In this document: positions 8,653 through 17,073 of the stretch, piece after piece
Layout of the letters: every line of letters begins with the position of its first letter
Position numbering within the stretch: position 1 is the stretch's first letter
DNA from: an uncultured bacterium
GTDB lineage: Bacteria > Patescibacteriota > JACMRA01
Assembly (NCBI GenBank): GCA_963784355.1
Contig: CAWAQU010000002.1
Location: 1-25,471, forward strand
Length of the DNA stretch: 25,471 bases
Reading direction: 5' to 3'
Position numbers and translations under genes: made by a program
Notes under the pieces: model-generated
The model's input: only the letters and a program-made list of their open reading frames with translations
Told to the model about the DNA's origin: nothing
Database searches by the model: none

Positions 8653-8695
8653 AAATAAAAATCATGATTTGGATATCTTAAACCTGAATCTTTTA

Positions 8696-10924
8696 CTAAA
8701 GATACTCGGCAATAAGTGCTTTTTTGTTCTTTAAAAGATCACTTGGCGTACCTTCAAACATAATTTGACCACCTTTGTCACCACCTTCAGGCCCAAGATC
8801 AATGATCCAATCAGCCTGGCGAATAATATCTACATTGTGCTCAATAGTTATAACCGTATTTCCATCTTCTACTAGCTGATCAATCAATTTGTGCAGGCGA
8901 GCAATATCTGAAATATGTAGCCCGGTTGTTGGCTCATCAAGTACATAAATACTGCCTTTTTTGTGTAATTCACTTGCTAATTTAATACGTTGACATTCGC
9001 CGCCGGAAAGTGTGCTTAGGGGCTGACCAAGTGTCAGGTATTCTAGTCCGACCTGAACAAGTGCTTGTAGTTTTTGGGCAATTTCAGGCAAGTCAAAAAA
9101 TTCATTAGCTTCAGCCATAGTCAAACTAAGCACCTCGGTAATTGATTTACTGTTATATTTATAATTTAATACTTCATCTTTAAACCGCCTACCCCCACAT
9201 ACATCGCAAGGTGTTTTAGCATCATCAAGAAAGCCAAGATCAGTAGTCAAAAATCCGGCACCCTTACAATTATCACAAGCACCCTTGGAATTAAAACTAA
9301 ACAATCCGGCATCAACTTTGTTAACTTTAGCAAAAGCTTTGCGAATAACATCCATGATACCAATATAAGTGGCTGGGTTTGATCTGCTGGAAGCACCAAC
9401 TGCAGATTGATCAACTACAATGCTGTCTGGATGCTGTTTCAAAAATACTTGGTGAATCAAAGAACTTTTACCGGAACCGGAAACACCTGTAATCACAGTG
9501 AAGACTCCAGTAGGAATATCAACGGTGACATGCTGTAAATTATTAATATAAGCATCTTTAATCGGCAATTTTCCTAAAGGTTTCCTAGATACTTGCTTAA
9601 TTGATATTTGATCCTTTAAATGTCTGCCTGTTAATGTGTCAGCTTTTAACAACTCTGAGTATGCACCCTCAAAAACTACTTTACCACCATTTATACCTGC
9701 CAGCGGCCCAATATCCACAATATGATCAGCAGCCTTAATAACATCAGGGTCATGTTCTACCACAATAACCGTGTTACCCTGATCACAAAGTTTACGTAGC
9801 AATTCGTTTAAGCGATCAACGTCACGGGGGTGTAAGCCTACGCTAGGCTCATCAAAAATATACATGACATCAACCAAACTGCCATTTAAGTGCTTTACCA
9901 TTTTGACACGCTGGGACTCACCACCGGAAAGTGTATCAGTCATACGATCAAGAGTTAGGTAGCCAAGTCCAATTCCAACCAAATTAGATAGTCGCTCTAG
10001 AACTGTTTTCACTAGGGCATGATTTTCCTTATTATCAAATTTTTTAATTACCTCAAGCAACTTATCAACTTGCATGGAGCTTAGATCAGCGATATTATAG
10101 CCTTGAATTTTGCAGTCCAAAGCTTTTTGATTGAGCCGAGTACCGTGACACAAATCACACGGACCCATAGTGATTAATGGTCCGATTATTTTTTGGGTAC
10201 GTGGAGACATGTTTTTGAGATCGTTATTGATATATTTACGTACAAATTTATCTACAACACCTTCTAGCGTGAGATTTATACCTCCAACATCGACCTTAAT
10301 CGGCTTTCCATGATATAGTATTTCAAGCTCTTGCTGACTAAAATCTTTAAGTTTCTTATCCAAATCAAATAGATTAGAGTGCTGCATCGTTTTCAAAGAC
10401 CAATCACCTTGATAATCAAATAGTTTAATTGCACCTTCGTTAATTGATTTATCCATATCAAAAGCTGCCTCCATATCAAGACCCAGTTTTTGCCCAATAC
10501 CGTTACAATTTGGACACATTCCTGCAAAATCATTAAATGAAAACATGTTAGCATAACCTACATGAGGTTCACCAAAACGTGAAAATAGAAGACGCAGTGC
10601 TGTAGCAATATCCGTAACTGTACCAACAGTTGAATGTGAACCACCACCAAGTGGTTTTTGATCAACGATGATCGCCATACTCAAATTCTTAATTTCATCA
10701 GCTTCTGGTTGACTAATACGCGGCAAAAAATTGCGCACGAACATACTAAAATTTTCGTTAAGCAACCTTTGGGCTTCGGCTGCAATAGTGTCAAACACTA
10801 ATGAAGATTTACCAGAGCCAGAAACACCCGTAAAAATAGTAATTTTACGTTTAGGGATTTTCAGTGTAATATCTTTAAGGTTATTCTCACGGGCACCGCG
10901 AATTTCAATATATTCCTGAGACAT
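8696..10924 (-). CDS. Class II UvrA-like ABC ATPase (UvrA2/DrrC-type)
   Basis: Two Walker A motifs (GVSGSGKSS), two LSGGE signatures, DEPSVGLH/DEPTTGLH and CxxC pairs. At 742 aa it is shorter than canonical UvrA (about 940 aa) and appears to lack the UvrB-binding insertion. Confidence 0.9.
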   Translation of the reverse strand: MSQEYIEIRGARENNLKDITLKIPKRKITIFTGVSGSGKSSLVFDTIAAEAQRLLNENFSMFVRNFLPRISQPEADEIKNLSMAIIVDQKPLGGGSHSTVGTVTDIATALRLLFSRFGEPHVGYANMFSFNDFAGMCPNCNGIGQKLGLDMEAAFDMDKSINEGAIKLFDYQGDWSLKTMQHSNLFDLDKKLKDFSQQELEILYHGKPIKVDVGGINLTLEGVVDKFVRKYINNDLKNMSPRTQKIIGPLITMGPCDLCHGTRLNQKALDCKIQGYNIADLSSMQVDKLLEVIKKFDNKENHALVKTVLERLSNLVGIGLGYLTLDRMTDTLSGGESQRVKMVKHLNGSLVDVMYIFDEPSVGLHPRDVDRLNELLRKLCDQGNTVIVVEHDPDVIKAADHIVDIGPLAGINGGKVVFEGAYSELLKADTLTGRHLKDQISIKQVSRKPLGKLPIKDAYINNLQHVTVDIPTGVFTVITGVSGSGKSSLIHQVFLKQHPDSIVVDQSAVGASSRSNPATYIGIMDVIRKAFAKVNKVDAGLFSFNSKGACDNCKGAGFLTTDLGFLDDAKTPCDVCGGRRFKDEVLNYKYNSKSITEVLSLTMAEANEFFDLPEIAQKLQALVQVGLEYLTLGQPLSTLSGGECQRIKLASELHKKGSIYVLDEPTTGLHISDIARLHKLIDQLVEDGNTVITIEHNVDIIRQADWIIDLGPEGGDKGGQIMFEGTPSDLLKNKKALIAEYL

Positions 10925-10934
10925 AATATTTTAG

Positions 10935-11345
10935 CTAATTTATATAGTTGAGTTTTTTTAGTAAAATTACACTTGGCGGATTAAATTCATATTTAGACAA
11001 ATCAGAAATTGCTACCCATTCAAGTTTTTCATTTTTATTAATTGGTTTTTGTTCACCTTCAATTATCTCGCACATTGCGTCAATATAGACAAATCTTTTT
11101 TCTTCATTATCGTGATCAATTTTGATATCTTCATCCCACCAAAGCTTTTCAGTTATTTTGGCTGTAAAACTCCATCGTTTCTTTAATTCTTCATTCAATA
11201 AATCATTTACTGTGCCTACACCTAAAATACGTCCACCAAACAATGCCCAAGGTTCATTATACGGGTTTTTCTCCGGATCAACTCTACGAATCAAGATATT
11301 GTTTTTATCCTTAACTACTGTAATTACCATCAATACGGTTTGCAT
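10935..11345 (-). CDS. Nudix-fold protein with degenerate Nudix box
   Basis: ILIRR...PYNEPWALFGG and LEWV...L patterns typical of the Nudix fold; the box reads NEELKKRWSF instead of REUxEExGU. Confidence 0.75.
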   Translation of the reverse strand: MQTVLMVITVVKDKNNILIRRVDPEKNPYNEPWALFGGRILGVGTVNDLLNEELKKRWSFTAKITEKLWWDEDIKIDHDNEEKRFVYIDAMCEIIEGEQKPINKNEKLEWVAISDLSKYEFNPPSVILLKKLNYIN

Positions 11346-11352
11346 ATCTTAG

Positions 11353-11688
11353 CTATTTTGTTTCTTGTCTCAACCCGACAACGTTGCCATCAGCATCTTT
11401 GACCTGAGCTATCCATAAACCGCCACCCACTTCTTTAGCATCTTGCACAACTTCACCTCCAACCTCAACCATCGCCTGAAGGCTAATTTCTATATCCTCA
11501 ACATCTGTATAACTAATAGGACCGATTTTAGAATTAGGGTCCAAACCGATTTCCATATCACTAAGTTTATAACCTACATAGTAAGGACTATCAACATAAG
11601 GTTCCACACCCAAAAACTTACTGTAAAATGCTTTTGCTTTTGTTATATCCTGAACTGGATAAACTATGAGTTTAATATTTTGTACCAT
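11353..11688 (-). CDS. VOC family (glyoxalase/bleomycin-resistance-like) protein
   Basis: YPVQDITKAKAFY...DVEDIE...GGEVVQ...KDADGNVVGL. Start at ATG 11688 preferred because the fold begins there. Confidence 0.9.
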   Translation of the reverse strand: MVQNIKLIVYPVQDITKAKAFYSKFLGVEPYVDSPYYVGYKLSDMEIGLDPNSKIGPISYTDVEDIEISLQAMVEVGGEVVQDAKEVGGGLWIAQVKDADGNVVGLRQETK

Positions 11689-11888
11689 AATAATGCTATA
11701 TTTTAAGTTAATATCTATGTTACTAATTCGTGTCATATTAGGCTTGTTGTCAATTAAAATTCACCTTAGATTCAAAAAAGAGTTAATATGTTTTACTAAA
11801 CCTTAATTTTTACATATTTTTTCAGCAAACTGGAAGCTAATACTTTGACAACATCAGTATCTTTTCTGTTAGTTGTTTAATATAGCTT

Positions 11889-13367
11889 ATGAAGTACAAA
11901 CTTGAACTTGTCGTATTTTTATGTGGACTAGTGGTAATGGTGCTCGAAATGACAGGCTCCCGAATAATGGCTCCATTTGTAGGTTCATCTACCTATATTT
12001 GGACAAGCTTAATTGGAGTAATACTTACCTGCTTAAGTCTTGGTTATTATTTTGGTGGCAAATTGGCAGACAAAAACGCTAGTTACAATTTTTTATCTGT
12101 AATAATTTTACTAAGTAGCATATATATTACAATAGTTGGCATCATTCATGCACCTTTTCAAGAATTGCTTACTAGTAATATAAAAGATATACGCATATCA
12201 TCAATCATAACTAGTTTAGTATTATTTGGTGTACCAAGTATATTACTTGGAATAGTCTCGCCATATGCCGCAAAATTAAAAATTGATGATGTTGAAAACG
12301 TCGGACAAACAGTAGGCAATTTGTATGCTCTGTCCACAGCAGGCAGCATAATTGGGACATTTTTGGGTGGCTATATTTTTACTGTATATTTAGGAAGTAT
12401 TAAAACTTTATTTTTATTGGGTTTGATTTTGTTGATTGTTTCAATTCTATCAGCTGCAGGAACTATAAAACTAACGGGTAAGATTTCATCCATAATTGTT
12501 TTACTATTTCTAATTAGTTTATATTTTCTTAGCTTTCAGTCAAAAAATCAACAATTCGTAGATATAGATACTGAATATCAACGGGTTCAGATCTTCAATT
12601 TTAAGGACCTCAATACAAATAAAATTGCCGTAGGTTTAAAAACTAGTAATTTAGGCACCCAATCAGCAAGTTTCTTAGATAATAACGATTTAGTTTTTGA
12701 TTATTTAAAATTTTTTGACCTTAGTTTCCACTTTAATGATAATATTAAAAATGTTTTAATGCTTGGTGGCGGAGCTTTTACCTACCCTAAATATTGTTTG
12801 GAGACCAGGCCTGAGGTAAATATAGACGTTGTAGAAATTGATCCGGGTCTTACTAAAATCGCTAAAGAATATTTTAATTTTAAAAATAGTCCCAGGTTAA
12901 AAATTTACAACGAGGACGGCAGAGTATATATAAACCAAAACCAAAAAAAATATGACTCTATTGTAGTGGATGTATTCAAGGATTATTTTGTACCTTCGCA
13001 GATGACAACCAAAGAATTTGTAACCAAAATGCATGCTAGCCTAAATGAAAATGGAGTTGTAGCGATAAATTTAATATCTGCATTAAAAGGTGATAAAAGT
13101 GAATTTTTAGGTGCTGTATACAATACATATAAAGCTGTATTCCCGCATATTTTACTTTTTCAGATAAATTCAATAGATGCATACCTACCTCAAAATATTT
13201 TGATGATTGCTCTAAAATCAACTGATGAACCCAGATTAACAAGCCCGGATTTTGCTACAAGACAATATTTAAAACACCTCTGGAAAGAAAACTTTTCATC
13301 TGAAATTCCTGCCCTAACTGATGATTTAGCTCCAGCCGAACATTATACTCAAAAAAGCATTATTTAA
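11889..13367 (+). CDS. Fused membrane domain / spermidine synthase-like SAM-dependent transferase
   Basis: About seven TM helices (MVLEMTGSRIMAPFVGSSTYIWTSLIG, GNLYALSTAGSIIGTF), then VLMLGGGA, VEIDP, EDGR, YDSIVVDVF and LTDDLAP. Confidence 0.9.
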   Translation: MKYKLELVVFLCGLVVMVLEMTGSRIMAPFVGSSTYIWTSLIGVILTCLSLGYYFGGKLADKNASYNFLSVIILLSSIYITIVGIIHAPFQELLTSNIKDIRISSIITSLVLFGVPSILLGIVSPYAAKLKIDDVENVGQTVGNLYALSTAGSIIGTFLGGYIFTVYLGSIKTLFLLGLILLIVSILSAAGTIKLTGKISSIIVLLFLISLYFLSFQSKNQQFVDIDTEYQRVQIFNFKDLNTNKIAVGLKTSNLGTQSASFLDNNDLVFDYLKFFDLSFHFNDNIKNVLMLGGGAFTYPKYCLETRPEVNIDVVEIDPGLTKIAKEYFNFKNSPRLKIYNEDGRVYINQNQKKYDSIVVDVFKDYFVPSQMTTKEFVTKMHASLNENGVVAINLISALKGDKSEFLGAVYNTYKAVFPHILLFQINSIDAYLPQNILMIALKSTDEPRLTSPDFATRQYLKHLWKENFSSEIPALTDDLAPAEHYTQKSII

Positions 13368-13587
13368 GTACTGCAGTTTCTTTATTTCCATAAAAGATAT
13401 TTTGGTAGGACTAATAAGTGAATTACTGCAAAATATAGTGTACATTTATGCATGAAATACCGTCAATATTTAACATTTTGCTTATTATAGTGACTAAAAG
13501 TTAGGTATCTCGAAAATAAACTCTTGACAAGGTATATAAATTTTGCTGAGTTTAATTAGCGTCCATTTTTAGTGCAAATCTTATTAT

Positions 13588-14418
13588 ATGTCAGAACAAT
13601 TTAAGCAAAAAACAACAAATACAAGACAAGAGAAAGGATTAATAGCAAAAAAAATTCCATTAAACATTAAACAAATTGCTTCATTTACAACCGCAGCAAT
13701 TGTAATGTCAAATAATGCAGCTGTTATTGCAGCTGGTATCCAAAATTCTCAAAACTCTGTTCATGCTCAAACTAAAGAGACTGTTTCAAATTTAAATCCT
13801 AGTCAGAATTTAATTGCTCAATATTCAGATCCAAACGTAATCAATACTAATAAAATCGAACAAGAACAAGCAATGGTAAATGAATATGAGCAACCATTGT
13901 TACCATCAAATATAACTAATCTGATCAATCAACTTCTTGCAAAGTACGGTTACCTGAACAATTTAGATAAGAAAAGACAGATTACCGAGCTTATATTACT
14001 TATGCAACAAAGTGCAAGGTACCAATTTTGTAATGCAATGTTTAGAAAAGCTAACGGACTTCAGGAATTAGACCCAAACACTCCATATTATGCTGATCCA
14101 GAAGCATATAAATTTTTAGGTAACAGTGCACCAAAATACTTAACTCTTGTACAATTATTTCTAATTGAGTTAAGCAGAATCTACAGAATTATGGACAATA
14201 TTAGGGATCCGAAAATGGCTGATATCGCACAAAAGGCTGCTACCGAAATTTTAAGGCAAAATATACACCTTTGCAGGCAAACAAGGGAACAGAATTTAAA
14301 CCGTTTTGATCGAAATAATATACCAAAAAGAGGTGAAATAAGGCGCATATTAAATGAAATACCCAGAACACCGAAGTTGCCAATTAATAATCCAATTAGG
14401 ATAAAAGAGCAAGAATAA
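13588..14418 (+). CDS. Hypothetical protein, possibly exported
   Basis: 276-aa ORF with a basic N-terminus, an Ala-rich moderately hydrophobic stretch and a VHA-Q cleavage-like site; no family recognised. Confidence 0.7.
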   Translation: MSEQFKQKTTNTRQEKGLIAKKIPLNIKQIASFTTAAIVMSNNAAVIAAGIQNSQNSVHAQTKETVSNLNPSQNLIAQYSDPNVINTNKIEQEQAMVNEYEQPLLPSNITNLINQLLAKYGYLNNLDKKRQITELILLMQQSARYQFCNAMFRKANGLQELDPNTPYYADPEAYKFLGNSAPKYLTLVQLFLIELSRIYRIMDNIRDPKMADIAQKAATEILRQNIHLCRQTREQNLNRFDRNNIPKRGEIRRILNEIPRTPKLPINNPIRIKEQE

Positions 14419-14513
14419 TAAAAATGTGTTTTAAGCTATTTTCTAGCTAAACAACTATAGTACCGATAAGTCAACTAATAAAAGCAAAAAATTAAACTCA
14501 GGTAAAATATTGT

Positions 14514-15422
14514 TTATTTAACATTGATTGCATCATACCATTGCTTCAAATCAGTAGAAATCGTTTCATTACCTAAATTAAGTTTATGAAAATACTTTAG
14601 TATCGTTATGAGATGTGGGTAGTCAAACTCTATCTTATTTAAAATTTCAAGTGAATTAGCAATCGTAAATTGAGCCATATGAGAATTGAAACCATAGAAA
14701 GTTTTACCGTTTTTATACTCATATAGTTTCTTTTGATTTATATGCCAAGTTGGGATATCTTTTTTTAGAATTATATGTAGTATATCTGCATATGATTTTA
14801 AACTTGTTAAAACATACTTATTATATTTCCTATTGGGATCATTTAAAATAGAATTAGTGCACTCAATATCAAGTTCAAATAGATCAAAAAAGCTTAATAA
14901 GAAATCATAAGCAGGTTTTTGCATCCCTATTTCATAGAATTTGCTTTTTTTACTTAAATAGATATTTTGATAAAATTTTGTTAAACTGTCTGCAATTTTT
15001 TGATCTGCTAGCAATAAATTTTGCTTATATTCTTTTAGTGGAATTTTTACATTGTTTTTATCATGACAATACTTTATCATGTCATCCAAATATTGAATTT
15101 TATTTGTAAAGATGCTACTTAAATTATCTATTTCTTCATTACTTTCTTCTGTTTTACCGTTTGAACTGTTAAAGTGTAACATTGGAAAGTTTGATTCATA
15201 TCTTCCTTCGAGTGAATTAAAACTTATTTGTATGGCTAATCCAAAGCCATCTATCAAATTACAAATATCTGCTATTACTTCATTGTTTATCTTATCAATA
15301 TCTAAGTTTTTTAAATTAAAACGATTTTTTATTAATTCTAGTATTTGATTTGATAAGATCCCTAAATTTAATTTAGGTATTGATTTTTGAACGGGTTTTT
15401 CTAAAAAATGATTGTTAGCCAT
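14514..15422 (-). CDS. Hypothetical protein (very AT-rich)
   Basis: 302-aa ORF with a good upstream promoter; no family recognised. Confidence 0.7.
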   Translation of the reverse strand: MANNHFLEKPVQKSIPKLNLGILSNQILELIKNRFNLKNLDIDKINNEVIADICNLIDGFGLAIQISFNSLEGRYESNFPMLHFNSSNGKTEESNEEIDNLSSIFTNKIQYLDDMIKYCHDKNNVKIPLKEYKQNLLLADQKIADSLTKFYQNIYLSKKSKFYEIGMQKPAYDFLLSFFDLFELDIECTNSILNDPNRKYNKYVLTSLKSYADILHIILKKDIPTWHINQKKLYEYKNGKTFYGFNSHMAQFTIANSLEILNKIEFDYPHLITILKYFHKLNLGNETISTDLKQWYDAINVK

Positions 15423-15450
15423 ATTTTGATGATTTTTAACTATACTTTAA

Positions 15451-15479
15451 ATTATACCACAGATTCGCATTTTAATCAA
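15451..15479 (-). promoter_or_regulatory. Sigma70-type promoter (TTGATT-17-TATAAT, extended TG) for the 302-aa ORF
   Basis: Minus strand TTGATT aaaatgcgaatctgtgg TATAAT. Confidence 0.7.
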
Positions 15480-15629
15480 TTGTAGGTAACCTGAGCAGTT
15501 ATATAGTACAAGATATTGTTTTACAATTTTATAATTTCTTATTTACAAAGCTTTGATATAATACCTATTTTTAAACAAATGGTATTCAAGCAACAATTTA
15601 ATTCATGCAAAAAAGTCAATAATTTTAAT

Positions 15630-15659
15630 TTGACAAAAAGGTGGACAAGCAGCTAATTT
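15630..15659 (+). promoter_or_regulatory. Candidate ilvE promoter (TTGACA-18-TAATTT)
   Basis: Perfect -35 box, TAnnnT -10 box, 21 nt before the ATG. Confidence 0.5.
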
Positions 15660-15680
15660 AAGCCATCAGAACTTTGTTTT

Positions 15681-16592
15681 ATGTATACCTTTTTACCCTA
15701 CGCTTATTTAGAGGGGAAATTTCTACCTTTTAAAGATGCCAATATTTCTATTGCAACTCATGCCCTACACTACGGTACGGGAGCTTTTGGAGGATTAAGA
15801 GCCATACCAAATCCTGAAAATGAAAGGCAAATTTTACTATTTAGACTCGATAATCATGCAAAAAGATTGAGTAATAGTGCCAAACTTTTGCATTGGAATA
15901 TTAGTCCTGAGGAAATTAGAGACAAGATTATTGAGTTTATAAAAATCAACAAGCCTCAAGTTTCTTCATATCTTAGACCACTTATCTATACTTCCGATTT
16001 AGGTGTATCTCCCAGATTACATGAAATTGAGAAAAACTTTCTTATCTACGGCCTTGAACTTGGTGATTATTTGCCGGTTGAAGGCATAAAATGCCGGTTT
16101 AGCTCATGGTATAGACAGGAAGATCGCTCCTTGCCACTGCGCGGAAAAATTACCGGAGCCTACATTACCTCCTCTCTAGCCAAAACAGAAGCAGTAGAGT
16201 CGGGATTTGATGAGGCTATCATGTTTAATTCCCGAGGAAAAGTCTCAGAAGCCAGTGGCATGAATATTTTCATAGTTAGAGACGGTAAATTGATCACACC
16301 CGATGTAACACAAGATATCTTGGAAGGAATTACTCGAGATAGTGTGATTACCATAGCCAAGGATATGGGTATTGAAGTAATCGAACGAGAAGTAGATAGG
16401 TCAGAAATTTTAATTGCAGATGAAGTCTTTTTTACTGGTACGGCAGCTAAAGTAACTCCTGTAAATCAAGTAGAAAGTACAATGTTACCAAAAAATAGGC
16501 CAATTACGGAGAAATTAAAGCAGAAAATAACGGAAATTGTGGAAAATAGAAGTACTGATTATAAAGATTGGGTAACGGTTGTTGAGATTTAA
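15681..16592 (+). CDS. ilvE: Branched-chain amino acid aminotransferase (PLP fold IV)
   Basis: HALHYGTGAFGGLR, RGKITGAY (PLP lysine), EASGMNIF, LEGITR, EVFFTGTAA. Confidence 0.95.
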   Translation: MYTFLPYAYLEGKFLPFKDANISIATHALHYGTGAFGGLRAIPNPENERQILLFRLDNHAKRLSNSAKLLHWNISPEEIRDKIIEFIKINKPQVSSYLRPLIYTSDLGVSPRLHEIEKNFLIYGLELGDYLPVEGIKCRFSSWYRQEDRSLPLRGKITGAYITSSLAKTEAVESGFDEAIMFNSRGKVSEASGMNIFIVRDGKLITPDVTQDILEGITRDSVITIAKDMGIEVIEREVDRSEILIADEVFFTGTAAKVTPVNQVESTMLPKNRPITEKLKQKITEIVENRSTDYKDWVTVVEI

Positions 16593-16661
16593 AATTGGAT
16601 TTGTGTTAGTAGGATATAAATTTAGCTAATCTGCACAAATTATCTCCACATTGAAAAGCAT

Positions 16662-16691
16662 ACTTGACCTATGTCGAATATTATGTTAAGA
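16662..16691. other. dif/cer-like imperfect palindrome (alternatively a promoter)
   Basis: ACTTGACCTAT-GTCGAATA-TTATGTTAAGA; the right arm matches the XerD arm TTATGTTAAAT at 9 of 11 positions. Confidence 0.3.
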
Positions 16692-16742
16692 GTTTATGTG
16701 CAAACTTTAGTTTTTTAGGGTATTTCTATTTTAAAGTGGGCC

Positions 16743-16946
16743 TTGATTGTTTATTTCAATTTTGCAGATGGTAGCGGACAAATTCTTGAAATGGGATTAA
16801 CCAATCAATCTTGCCAACAAGCACTAGTGCAACTCAAGGAAATAGTATCTCAACATGTAGATTTTCGGGGAGCAAAATGCCTCCCCTACCGAGGTCTACA
16901 AAGCCTAGAACAATTACAACAACAAGTAGGAGGTAAAGGTCACTAA
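16743..16946 (+). CDS. Small hypothetical protein (67 aa or slightly longer; start uncertain)
   Basis: Frame is open from 16719 (GISILKWALIVYFNFADG...C...C...); possible starts TTG 16743 or ATT 16728; followed by a terminator. Confidence 0.5.
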   Translation: MIVYFNFADGSGQILEMGLTNQSCQQALVQLKEIVSQHVDFRGAKCLPYRGLQSLEQLQQQVGGKGH

Positions 16947-17017
16947 ATGACTTTTTCCTAAGTTTCAAGAGGATCGGTTGAGCTATTTTCTTGCTCCTGG
17001 TCCTTATTTATCATCAG

Positions 17018-17046
17018 TTCCACCCTAAAGGTGGAGTTTTTGTTTT
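17018..17046 (+). terminator. Intrinsic terminator, possibly bidirectional, between the small ORF and pepP
   Basis: UUCCACC-CUAAA-GGUGGAG followed by UUUUUGUUUU. Confidence 0.8.
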
Positions 17047-17073
17047 AATTTGTTCATTTAAAGAAAACCTAAT

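Larger units (their letters stand above)
16706..17046 (+). ncRNA. Putative highly structured RNA or structured mRNA of unknown class
   Basis: Consecutive hairpins at 16743-16808, 16856-16900, 16927-16960, 16970-17004 and 17018-17036; several G-U pairs favour the + strand. Confidence 0.4.

Noticed and set aside
14431-16995. 16/18 match TT(A/G)AGCTATTTTCT(A/T)GCT downstream of two orphan ORFs (14431-48 and 16978-95)
   Set aside because: Matches of this quality are expected by chance in AT-rich sequence of this length.
16700-17030. tmRNA (stop codon in a hairpin loop, CAGUUCCACC near the 3' end) or RNase P RNA (AGUGCAAC)
   Set aside because: No matching GGGGCUG-type 5' acceptor strand, no T-loop GGUUCRA and no Ala-rich tag end; no GAGGAAAGUCC or P4 partner for RNase P.
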